64,000 nucleotides of DNA from an uncultured Fibrobacterota bacterium (GCA_963729895.1 CAVSQB010000032.1:1-64000); one strand, 5' to 3'; shown: positions 9,001 through 17,022, counted from the first letter of the stretch. The notes: generated by a model not told the origin, from the letters alone. Translations and numbers: made by a program.

Positions 9001-10365
9001 ACAATGACCATTGAAATAGACACGGCAAACAGCGGCAATTATAAGGGCCTCGGCAGCCTTGGCTTGTCTGGAGGGAAGGCATATTCATTCACAACCGGCA
9101 ACGCCTCTTCATGGGATAGCGTCAAGGTTCGGATCACGGACGATGACGGAAATGTCGTTATAAGGGGTTTCAAGATTGATATACGGCCCCAGCCGTTAAC
9201 AATCACGTCTATTGACAGCACGGTAAATACCATAACCGTCCACTACGGCCAATCACAGGAGACGGATTTCGCACAGTATCGGATTTACAGGAACACGACA
9301 AGTGCCGTTGATACCAATAGCGAACTATGGACGACGATTAGCGCGAGTGGAACGGTAACCTATTCGACGCCAACGCCAAGCTATGCTTGGAATCCGAGAT
9401 ATTACAGAGTTTACCAGAAAGATAATGAAGGAGTATGGAGCACTGGGAGTAATGTTGTCTATGGAAATATTATCAATAGCCCGCCGACAATTCCAACAAT
9501 AAGTTTTCCTTTGCTTGATGGTGATTCGATATGGTCTTTTGATAAATTGCGCTGGCACCCCAGTGTTGATCCGAATGGAAATACAGTAAGATATAAAGTT
9601 CTTATCAATTATAATAGCACCAGTTACTCGCAATTCGCAACCGCACTGACTGATACCTTGGTTCAATTGACAGGTTGCGATTCATCGTTATCACTGAAGT
9701 TTAAAGTAATGTCCTACGATGCACTCGGCGACAGCAGCGCATGGTCTGCAGAGAGGATAGTCTTTATTAGACCCATAACAGATATCGATGGAAATGTTTA
9801 TTATGCAGTCACAATAGGAGCACAAGTCTGGATGGTCGAGAACCTGAAAACCACGAGGTACAACGATGGTACCGCAATACCGTTGGCAACGGATGACGCA
9901 GCATGGGGCAATGCGTCTACAACGCCGGCATATTGCTGGTATCAAAACAATATTAACTACAAGGAACCCTACGGTGCATTATACAACGCGGTTTCCGTGA
10001 ATTCGGGTAAATTAGCCCCGACAGGCTGGCATGTGCCAACGAATTCCGAATGGAGCGTGCTTAACGCATACCTTTCTGGTAATGGTTTGCAAGGGGGGGC
10101 ACTGAAAGAAGCCGGGACGACACATTGGGTTTTTCCCAATACTGGGGCAACAAATGAAACTGGTTTTTCGGCGCTCCCGGGTGGTCGTCGTGCCTCTAAT
10201 GGTGCATTCGACTACATTGGCTACGACGGTTCCTGGTGGACTTCTACGGCGTTTAATGTTGTTTTTTCGTATTATTGGTATATGGACTATTTGATATCAG
10301 ATATGGGCTCTAGTTCCAACTCTATTAATTGCGGTAACAGTATCCGGTGCGTTCGAGATCCTTGA
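6058..10365 (+). CDS. Large surface lipoprotein: carboxypeptidase-regulatory-like, FN3, multiple PKD repeats, C-terminal Fibrobacter succinogenes major paralogous (FISUMP) domain
   Basis: Lipobox FATC; repeated WDFDGDG/WDFNGDG PKD motifs; C-terminal DIDGNVY..IGAQVWMVENL..YGALYN..PTGWHVPT..TGFSALPGG..GNSIRCVRD. Confidence 0.9.
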   Translation: MKFVFLAFLAVCLFLFATCSNNVAGNKTKPENPSVTTMLYNPGGSPAAHAKIKFYPVNYNPRTGGLSKTLSTTVDSTTTDASGNYSVKLDSGTYNVLATGDSGVVYQDSISVAKDSTIHPPADTLKAPGGLRGRVRLQPGDDARTVFILFLGTSTFGTPDDSTGKFTIANMAQGTYKVRILTTLDAYVPKDTVLSVTAGMVDSLTHDIVLQFTGVPGPTGLTVSYDTLRQTAILAWTGADTSLIAGYNVYRAIKGQNFSLITQTPLVETVSTYHDSTVSVGSTYAYRVVSWRASGEESPKVDIPGDTVKVVSDSLVTTAFTWNLNNTINDSASINDTIKACLTYSNPTRRIEKIVWFVDSLNSTAVRQKADSSQAEKDTLTYSWKQAGNVKIFVKVTDGAGTVWLDSFNVTIAQDIPVPNAGSDTTVSIKDMVRLHGSATQQFGSIVEWAWDIGNTGTFKVTSRGDTNIIAPAAENLNYLCVLRVTDDDANIAKDTVKITVLQDAPVADAGNDTTVAINASIPFKGTATQQFGRIVMYKWDFDGNGTYDDSSTTTGIANHTYTHDTVYNAKLLVRDDDGNEATAIRHVTVANLPPVISSIRADTTISIKDSIQLFGVAHDPDGTIKEYAWDFNGDGAFEYTSATQVMAGYRYNTAGIYKAVLRVTDDDNKVTKDTATIAVLQDVPVPNAGKDTTVSIKDTIKLHGSATQQFGTIVEWAWDFGNTGTFKVTSKGDTNIVAPAVENLNYLCVLRAKDDDGNVANDTVKITVLQDAPVPNAGVDTTVAINANVPFKGTATQQFGTIVMYKWDFDGDGNYDDSSTTTGAATHIYTHEAVYNAKLLVRDNDGNEATAIRHVTVANLPPVISSIRADTTISIKDSIQLFGVAHDPDGTIKEYAWDFNGDGAFEYTSATQVMAGYRYNTAGTYKAVLRVTDDDNKVTKDTAIITILQDVPVVTFLSADTVVDHGGTVRCSVYVQQQFGTMTIEIDTANSGNYKGLGSLGLSGGKAYSFTTGNASSWDSVKVRITDDDGNVVIRGFKIDIRPQPLTITSIDSTVNTITVHYGQSQETDFAQYRIYRNTTSAVDTNSELWTTISASGTVTYSTPTPSYAWNPRYYRVYQKDNEGVWSTGSNVVYGNIINSPPTIPTISFPLLDGDSIWSFDKLRWHPSVDPNGNTVRYKVLINYNSTSYSQFATALTDTLVQLTGCDSSLSLKFKVMSYDALGDSSAWSAERIVFIRPITDIDGNVYYAVTIGAQVWMVENLKTTRYNDGTAIPLATDDAAWGNASTTPAYCWYQNNINYKEPYGALYNAVSVNSGKLAPTGWHVPTNSEWSVLNAYLSGNGLQGGALKEAGTTHWVFPNTGATNETGFSALPGGRRASNGAFDYIGYDGSWWTSTAFNVVFSYYWYMDYLISDMGSSSNSINCGNSIRCVRDP
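7300..8907 (+). repeat. Intragenic tandem duplication, 804-bp unit (three PKD domains)
   Basis: Segments match at offset 804 (e.g. 7754-8086 vs 8558-8890 nearly identical); unit boundaries approximate. Confidence 0.9.
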
Positions 10366-10494
10366 TCATTTGTCTATTTGATTATTTGCTATTTTTCGTG
10401 GTGGACAAGCCGTCAGTTTGATAAACCTGAGACCAGCTATCAAAGTTATCAACCATTATGGGGATGATGTTCTGCTTGGTTTTGGGGTGTTTTT

Positions 10495-11547
10495 TTAAGC
10501 GCAGACCGGAATATTTTCTTGTTTAAGATTTCTTTTTAGGCGATGACTTCTTGCGCAACAGCATGGCTGATACTCGTATTTGTCTATCCAATTTCTTCCT
10601 TTTATGGCCAAGTCAAATTTGTTATAAAGATTCTCCACCCGCTTGCCCGTTGGCTCATTTATCGTCTTGACGTAGTTTATTTTGCCACCGAATGATCTTT
10701 CCTCATTCTCTGTAAAATATCCCTTCTTCGCAGCTTCAATTATCCCTTTCCTTAATTTTTCCACGTAATCCCGGTTGATGTTTACTTTCCTATTTACCAC
10801 TAATCCGGTCACTTCCTGTAAATCATAACTTCTCATGAGTTTTTTCTTTTTACAAGCTATCGACCATCCATATTTTTGCAGAGCTTTTATCACCGGTTCA
10901 ATCACACTTTCAACATCATTACCTGATATTACTATATCATCGACGTAAAATGTAAAGGTAAGCCCTCTTTCCTCAACAATCCGTTTTATTTCATTGTGTG
11001 CATCCAACAAGACGAGATTTGCCAGGAGCGAGCTCGTTGGTGCTCCCTGAGGCAGTCTCGTTTGATATGTTGTTGTTTTTGTCAATATGTTCGCGATGTC
11101 CGTTGAGCACCCCATCCATTCTCGGTACGCTTTGAAAACCTGTGTATGCCGCGTGCTGGGGTAACAGTTCCGGATATCAATTGCAAATACAATTTGTTTT
11201 CCTGTATGCATCAGCGCATTTTTAATTATTGTACCCTTTTTGACTCCTCCAAGCATGGTCTCAGGAAAGGGGTATTTTCGCAGTATCCTTTGGTTTATTC
11301 GTTTCTGTATCTCTTTGATTTCCTCGCCAGGATTATCTATATGCCTCCACTTTTTATTGCTTCCCTTCGGTCTCTGGTCAAATGATCGGTAATATGTCCC
11401 CGCCTTTTTCGCAACACTCCACAGGTATTTGCGGTTGAATCCGAGAAGCGCTTCAAGCATCCCCATCGAGACAAGCGGGAAAATAATCTTTTCAGGATCT
11501 TCCTTCTTCACCGGCTTATTCCTCTGCTTTTTCATTCTCCAATACAA
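10495..11547 (-). CDS. Retron-type reverse transcriptase
   Basis: NALMH (region X NAxxH), DIRNCYPS, LPQGAPTS, YVDD, VTGLVVN (region Y VTG); start may be ATG 11535. Confidence 0.92.
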   Translation of the reverse strand: MYWRMKKQRNKPVKKEDPEKIIFPLVSMGMLEALLGFNRKYLWSVAKKAGTYYRSFDQRPKGSNKKWRHIDNPGEEIKEIQKRINQRILRKYPFPETMLGGVKKGTIIKNALMHTGKQIVFAIDIRNCYPSTRHTQVFKAYREWMGCSTDIANILTKTTTYQTRLPQGAPTSSLLANLVLLDAHNEIKRIVEERGLTFTFYVDDIVISGNDVESVIEPVIKALQKYGWSIACKKKKLMRSYDLQEVTGLVVNRKVNINRDYVEKLRKGIIEAAKKGYFTENEERSFGGKINYVKTINEPTGKRVENLYNKFDLAIKGRNWIDKYEYQPCCCARSHRLKRNLKQENIPVCA

Positions 11548-11812
11548 CGCTCAGCAAGCTATTACCAAGCCTTGATACCATTTTCGCTGGCATTCCCTTG
11601 ATATCTTTCTTTTCAGAGGACATCAATACCATTAGGTACATCGGTATGCCCAGCGCTCCCGATATTGTTTCCAGTGTTTCGGTTGTCGGTTTTCTTTCCC
11701 CAGCTTCCATTCTCGATATATAGCTGGGTGCCAATCCGACGCGTTCCGCCAGGTCTTTCTGCGAAAGGCCTCTGGTGTTTCGTGCGATCTTAATTGCTTT
11801 TCCGTAATTCAT
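11516..11812 (-). CDS. XRE/Cro-family HTH protein, retron-associated
   Basis: IKIARNTRGLSQKDLAERVGLAPSYISRMEAGERKPT; GGAGGT RBS; overlaps RT start. Confidence 0.93.
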   Translation of the reverse strand: MNYGKAIKIARNTRGLSQKDLAERVGLAPSYISRMEAGERKPTTETLETISGALGIPMYLMVLMSSEKKDIKGMPAKMVSRLGNSLLSVVLENEKAEE

Positions 11813-11902
11813 AAATATACCTCCAAAAAAACAGCTTTACTTCTTACATGGGGGATCCATATAAAATCCCTCAGGCAAAAAGTAAAGCCTCGAACTCAGT
11901 CA

Positions 11903-12118
11903 TCACTTACCACCTTGATCGCGGATAATCTGTACGACTACCCGGCCTATTTCCCCTACGGCATTGATCACCTCGCGGTGATTTCTTGTCCGTAGGGTTT
12001 TTCGGAAACCCCTCAAGGCTCTAGTGACATCCTGCCTCTGCTCAGGTTTCAGCAAATCACTTTCGATCATTGATTGCAGGATTTCAATGACCGACTCTGA
12101 ACTCTTTGAATTGCGCAT
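11903..12118 (-). CDS. Small helical protein (71 aa), candidate retron toxic effector
   Basis: GGAGGG RBS; co-oriented upstream of HTH and RT; amphipathic helical sequence. Confidence 0.75.
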   Translation of the reverse strand: MRNSKSSESVIEILQSMIESDLLKPEQRQDVTRALRGFRKTLRTRNHREVINAVGEIGRVVVQIIRDQGGK

Positions 12119-12473
12119 AGCGCCCTCCGATTGTTAAGGTTCCGTTTGGAATGGCAATGGATTATTACCACCCTGCACGGTCTCCCAAGTTGCAGGTCCT
12201 CATCGGAGGATTTGCTGAAACCAACCTTACTTTTGCCCTGTGCTTTTACCGGTCTCCCATATGCAACTGCTGTCAAACCATTTATATATAGCCGACAAAT
12301 ACAGATACACAGGAATCTCGACGCAGCCCCAGAAACGCAGATAATCTTTCGACTATCGCGGCACTCGCGTGCCATCAGTAACCGGTTTCCCGGTTTAACC
12401 CGTTTTGGCGGGTTAGCGGACACAACTTCTCGGGTCGGAGGTGTCAAAGAGCAGTCCACCATATCGGTGGTCG
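12119..12473 (-). ncRNA. Candidate retron ncRNA / structured 5' leader
   Basis: Consecutive hairpins at 12456-12470, 12396-12415, 12380-12395, 12360-12373 and 12340-12357, the last three with GNRA loops on the - strand; lies between a consensus promoter and the small ORF. Confidence 0.7.
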
Positions 12474-12478
12474 TTAAT

Positions 12479-12507
12479 AATATAATCAAAATAAAATGAA
12501 ATGTCAA
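12479..12507 (-). promoter_or_regulatory. Sigma70 promoter TTGACA-17-TATATT of the retron module
   Basis: On - strand: TTGACA 12507-12502, 17-bp spacer, TATATT 12484-12479. Confidence 0.8.
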
Positions 12508-12550
12508 ATAAAATGACTACCAGTCACATTTTATTTTTTATATTCGGGGC

Positions 12551-12746
12551 GCGCACCCCGGGCGGTTACCGTGAGGGCGATTGTCAATACGATTTTATTG
12601 GCAATGTTGGTCTCTGGTGGGACTGGACGTCTACTGGGGAGATCGAGCCGTTATATGCACCGGAATGACGCTTCTATATACAATACAGAGACCGGTATGG
12701 CTTGCGGTTTCAGCGTCCGATGCGTCCGGGATTATTTACTATTTTC
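12551..12746 (+). pseudogene. Orphan frameshifted FISUMP C-terminal fragment
   Basis: PGGYREGDCQYDFIGNVGLWW then (shifted) YMHRNDASIYNTETGMACGFSVRCVRDY, homologous to the end of the 6058-10365 protein. Confidence 0.75.
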
Positions 12747-12827
12747 CGCGACTTGTACCGAGCGTTGTCGAGGTAAGCGGGTTTCTATATTGAAAAGAAA
12801 ATCATGGAGTTATGCGTCTCGGGTTCC

Positions 12828-12869
12828 GACTGGCTGGTCTACAAGCTGTATGGCCTGACCGCCGAAGAG
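12828..12869 (+). pseudogene. C-terminal motif remnant of a type IIG/Eco57I-like restriction-modification enzyme
   Basis: Reads DWLVYKLYGLTAEE, resembling the common DxLVYxLYGLTxEE terminus. Confidence 0.5.
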
Positions 12870-13148
12870 AGAGGGTGCAAACCAATATTTAGGAGCAATT
12901 CCCCATAGCGGTTGACGGAATGCCAATCGTTTACTTCATTCACTTTTGGCTGGGGGGCAGTTCGTGTTGTATCGGCAATCATTCAAAGAGAGAAGATGGC
13001 CGTCCTTTGAATATCGAGAAACTCCAAACAAATTCCCTCCTGAACGAGTTTTATAATAAAAAATCACGTATGCAGATAGGGAGAACCAGGAAAAACGCAT
13101 TCGAGAAGGCTTTAGAAGTCGTTTGATTTGACAATTCAAGAATGACCT

Positions 13149-14105
13149 CTATTTTTCCAGCCGTTCAACCAAAATCCTCATGTTCTTGACTGCGTTTCGA
13201 ACGGCCTTTGCCTGGAAATGGTTATTGAACGCGACGGCGAGTAGGGAAGTCTTGGTGTGCAGCACGAGCTGCCCCTTGACCCGCTGCAGCAGTTCCTCGT
13301 CAGAATACTCGTAATCGTACCGCGCGTTGCGCTGCGCCACGCGCTCCTTTGGCGACGCCGGCTTCTCTCTTGGATACCAATTCTCCAAGTTTAGGCCGCT
13401 GTAGCGGATGTAGCCTTTGTCGGTGGTCGCATAGGCCTTCAGAGGGAAGGCATGCTTTAGAGGAGGAATCTCCGTGTTGCAGATTCCAACGCCGGCGTTC
13501 TTAAGCGCAGTCAGGACCCGCTCGGCATGCCAGCTTATGTGCCGAAACTCGATGTGCACGTCGATCCGCTCCGAAACCGCGACGCCAGCAACCTTCAAAA
13601 GGAAATCGAGCTTCTTCTGCGTGCGGTACTCCTGGTCATCGAGCTGGATGAGGAAGGAAAAGAACCTTCCGCTTTCAATGAGCGGGCTTACGGCCGTGAT
13701 GTGCCGGCGCATCATGTCCTGGCCAAGGCTGGTTTCGCATTCCTTAGTATTCGCTATATTTTGGTGTACCTTGACACTATACAGCATGGATTCTTTGCTG
13801 CGTGCTTGAATGTCAAGGAAATGGGGAAGGGTTGGCTCTGTATAGAATGTATCGTTGATTTCGACAAATGAGAAATACTTCTGGTAGAACCTGAGAGGAT
13901 CCAAGTCTGCCTTTTGGTCGTCCGGTGCCGCGGCGGCTCTATACCCCTTCGGGTATGCACCCGGTCGGGTGTTTCTAAGGGTCGCCGAAGCGTCAAAAAC
14001 ACCCTTCCAGTCGTCGTAATGATATCCGGACGTTCCGACATGCACTCCGAATTTTGTAATGTCGGGCGGAACGTCGATAGGCTGCCAAGGCTCTTTTTTG
14101 TTCAT
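13149..14105 (-). CDS. DUF72 (YecE-like) family protein
   Basis: VGTSGY.Y.DW, VEINDTFY, IEFRH.SW, YDYEYS.EEL and FNNH motifs. Confidence 0.9.
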   Translation of the reverse strand: MNKKEPWQPIDVPPDITKFGVHVGTSGYHYDDWKGVFDASATLRNTRPGAYPKGYRAAAAPDDQKADLDPLRFYQKYFSFVEINDTFYTEPTLPHFLDIQARSKESMLYSVKVHQNIANTKECETSLGQDMMRRHITAVSPLIESGRFFSFLIQLDDQEYRTQKKLDFLLKVAGVAVSERIDVHIEFRHISWHAERVLTALKNAGVGICNTEIPPLKHAFPLKAYATTDKGYIRYSGLNLENWYPREKPASPKERVAQRNARYDYEYSDEELLQRVKGQLVLHTKTSLLAVAFNNHFQAKAVRNAVKNMRILVERLEK

Positions 14106-14399
14106 TTTGTGTTCTTCCTCAAAACGTGTATAATATACACATCAAAGAAAATGAAAGTCAAATGGAAATTCTTGCCGGAATTAATCGTTGTCTGGATGAT
14201 GTGGAATGATTTAAGGGGCTTTACCCACAACGGAAGCAGGGGCCGGCTTTGGCGGCCGTTCGCCCGGTTCGTTGTTTCCAGATTGATTTAAGAGACATTG
14301 GATTTTCCAAAATAGTGCGGGGAAAATCAATAAAATGACGTATCTCGGAATGTAATTTAGGATATGAACGTTGGCCCATCAACAACCTTGACCCGATTA

Positions 14400-14942
14400 A
14401 TGAAAAAACTCCTAGTCCCTGTGCTGCTACTTTTGATGACGAATTGTGTTCACTTCCACAGGGAAATCACCATACCAAAAACCCAAATTCAGGAGCTGCT
14501 GGACAAACAATTTACTAATGGTAAGAATCACGTTTTTATGGGGTTTACCGTGGATTCCCCCGCGGTTTATTTTTCAGGGCAAAACATTGGGTTGAAGGTT
14601 ACTTATTACAGGGATGCTTCAAGCCGAAGCCAGTTTTTCCAATTGCCGGGATGGAGCCCTTTTCTTATAGGAACCGCAGATATCAAAGGCGAGCTCACTT
14701 ACGATCAGGGTTGTTTTTACCTGTCAAAAATCAAAATCGTCGATCTGGTTGTCAGAGAGAAGGGTTCTGAAAACAAAAAGGGCAAATCTAAAGGAAGGAT
14801 GTTGAAATTAACGGGTAACTGGGTCGGCGACGTTCCTCTTTACCGGCTGGATGATAATACCTACAAACAAATCCTGGCGAAACGGTTCTTTGAAAAGCTG
14901 AAAGTTGAGGGCGATAATATCGTTGTCACTCTGGGCTTTTGA
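14400..14942 (+). CDS. DUF1439/YceB-like lipoprotein
   Basis: Lipoprotein signal MKKLLVPVLLLLMTNC; IQELLDKQF, VPLYRLDD and terminal KVEGDNIVVTLG. Confidence 0.65.
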   Translation: MKKLLVPVLLLLMTNCVHFHREITIPKTQIQELLDKQFTNGKNHVFMGFTVDSPAVYFSGQNIGLKVTYYRDASSRSQFFQLPGWSPFLIGTADIKGELTYDQGCFYLSKIKIVDLVVREKGSENKKGKSKGRMLKLTGNWVGDVPLYRLDDNTYKQILAKRFFEKLKVEGDNIVVTLGF

Positions 14943-15009
14943 AGAAACCACGATCAGTTTCCGTACATCGCCTTCAACTCGTCCACGGTCGGATGCCCGG
15001 CATAGTATT

Positions 15010-15086
15010 CCTTGTCCGTGGCCGCATAGGACTTGAGTGGGAAGACGTGCTCTAGGCGCTGGATTCCCGTGTTGCAGATGCCCACG
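15010..15086 (-). pseudogene. DUF72 paralog fragment (downstream part)
   Basis: VGICNTGIQRLEHVFPLKSYAATDK, homologous to 13413-13491 of the intact DUF72. Confidence 0.75.
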
Positions 15087-15329
15087 TAGCCTCTCGGCGG
15101 ACAGGCGGAGGCCTCACTTTTCTTCTACAGTGAAGAAAAGTGAGCAAAAGACTCCGCCCTGCAACGCACCCTTTTCATATCTTGCACGGGAGTGCCTTTA
15201 ACTCGCTTCACTCAGACAGAAAGGCACTTTTGTCCGTGCAAAATATGGGCTGCTTTGATGGGGGAGACGGGTTGATTAACTGGACAAAAAGCATGTCGGA
15301 AGAATCTGCTCATTGTCTCTTAATCATAA

Positions 15330-15367
15330 TCACTATCCACCCCCGATTTCTCGGGGGTGGATAGTGA
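15330..15367. terminator. Perfect 17-bp stem hairpin, likely terminator of the Spy-like gene
   Basis: tcactatccacccccga-tttc-tcgggggtggatagtga. Confidence 0.6.
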
Positions 15368-15439
15368 AGGCTAAGCCTAGTTTCACATTGATCACCATAC
15401 GTTAGTCAATGCTGTGGCATGCGAGGTTACAATATTTAG

Positions 15440-15916
15440 TCAGTCCTGGTTCTTGTCGCCGCGATTCCATTTCTTTTGGAATCCCCTTTTGCCCCATTGC
15501 TGCTGCATATCGAGGAATTTTTTGAACTGATCCTGGGTAAGGATCTGCTTGGCCTTGAAAATATTGGCAAACCGGTTCTTGATCATCTGCTTATGAAATT
15601 GCGCCATCTGGTCTGCATAGCTGTCAAGCGCTGCCGGATCAGGGGTGGCCTTGAGAAACTCATCCTTGATCTTCTGCCGCAGCGCTTTTACGGATTCGAA
15701 ATCCGCTTTCATTTTCTCCTGGCCTTCCTTACGCAGCGCCTTCATCTGGTCTTTTTGATCTTGAGTAAGTCCCAGGTCTGCCAAGCCATAGTGCCGTTGA
15801 CCGGTATCGGCCTTTGCCACTGCAGGAGCAGTCGAAGGTTCATTCTGGGTTGCGCCGGCCGGCAAAGCCAGGGCTCCTGCAAGGCAAGCCGTCAACAAGA
15901 CATCTCGCATTTTCAT
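15440..15916 (-). CDS. Spy/CpxP family periplasmic chaperone
   Basis: Signal peptide; two LTxxQ motifs (LGLTQDQ, ILTQDQ). Confidence 0.85.
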   Translation of the reverse strand: MKMRDVLLTACLAGALALPAGATQNEPSTAPAVAKADTGQRHYGLADLGLTQDQKDQMKALRKEGQEKMKADFESVKALRQKIKDEFLKATPDPAALDSYADQMAQFHKQMIKNRFANIFKAKQILTQDQFKKFLDMQQQWGKRGFQKKWNRGDKNQD

Positions 15917-16189
15917 AGAGCACTCCCTTTGATTGATAATTTTGAGTTTTTCCGCGCCGATATCCGGCTTTTCGAAAATTAGACTGTGAAAAAGTACCGG
16001 GTGTTACATTCCTGTTCGACGATCATGAAACCTAAGAAAAAGTAAAGCAAACATTTTCTTATTTGGAAGCACAGTCCCTCTTTTTCAAGGGTTTCGAGGG
16101 ATATTTGACATGCGGACAGAATTGATTGCAGAATCTCAAGAAAAGGGACGATACAAGTAATGAGGCAAGTTCCAAGACAAGGAGTTCAC

Positions 16190-16978
16190 ATGGATATTTC
16201 CCAGGTTTCAAGCACAGCACTCCAGGATTCACAGTGGCTGCAATCCTTCTTGGATTCGCAGAACTCTTCGAATAGCTCAACCGCCAGCACAGACAGCGCC
16301 AGTGCATCGGCCAGCAACGCAACAACCGCCAGTGCAACGGGCGCCACGCAAACCTCCCAGGCGACTGCAGCAAGCAAGAGTTCCGCTCCTTCGGCATCCG
16401 CAATCTTCCAGGCATTGCTTGCCACCAATACCGCAAACAACGACATGGCGATACTCAACGCATTGCCCGGTGCCACGACAAATTCCTCAGTCAGCAACGC
16501 GGGCATGCTCCAGGCTCTGATGTCGGCTGCGTCCGGCTCCAGCGGGCTGGCTGCTTCACCGACGTCACAAGACGCCTCATCTGCGAGTGATTCCGGCAAT
16601 CAGTCCGTTCTCCAGGCTTTACAGAGCGCATCTTCGGGAAGTAATGATTTGTCAATGTTACAGGCTCTGCAGGGAGCCTTGACCAATGACAGCAGCGGCA
16701 CGGGCTCAACTGCGGACATTTTGGATTCCCTGCTCCAGCCCACGTCAGACATCAGCGATTCTTCGGATTTGTTTGCGCCACAGAATACCGACCCTTCGGG
16801 CGATCTGGCCGCGCTTGAAGGCTTTGCCGGGGCCACCAATTCCGCCGATAGCCTGCAAAGTTCGGTCATGGACGCGCTGTCGAACAGCGACATGAGCGGT
16901 ACGGACCTGGCCGCGGTACTCAAGGCCCTGGACCAAATGAACAGCTCCACTGGGACCAGCGGAAGCGTCTCCTCTTAG
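16190..16978 (+). CDS. Ser/Ala/Asp-rich low-complexity hypothetical protein
   Basis: AAGGAG RBS; repeated MLQAL/VLQAL motifs; followed by a hairpin terminator. Confidence 0.7.
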   Translation: MDISQVSSTALQDSQWLQSFLDSQNSSNSSTASTDSASASASNATTASATGATQTSQATAASKSSAPSASAIFQALLATNTANNDMAILNALPGATTNSSVSNAGMLQALMSAASGSSGLAASPTSQDASSASDSGNQSVLQALQSASSGSNDLSMLQALQGALTNDSSGTGSTADILDSLLQPTSDISDSSDLFAPQNTDPSGDLAALEGFAGATNSADSLQSSVMDALSNSDMSGTDLAAVLKALDQMNSSTGTSGSVSS

Positions 16979-16992
16979 GAATTTTTACCTGC

Positions 16993-17022
16993 GGCCCTGG
17001 TACACGTACCGGGGCCTTATTT
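16993..17022 (+). terminator. Rho-independent terminator
   Basis: ggccctggtac-ac-gtaccggggcc followed by ttattt. Confidence 0.6.

Noticed and set aside
12067..12507. ORFs 12067-12507 (-) and 12131-12499 (+)
   Set aside because: They overlap the promoter and hairpin array, have no recognisable protein features, and are better explained as structured RNA
10170..12746. Diversity-generating retroelement (RT next to a FISUMP target with a second copy of its 3' end)
   Set aside because: The RT has retron NAxxH/VTG motifs. The second copy differs at all base types and has indels rather than A-specific changes. No AAC-rich TR or clear Avd is present.
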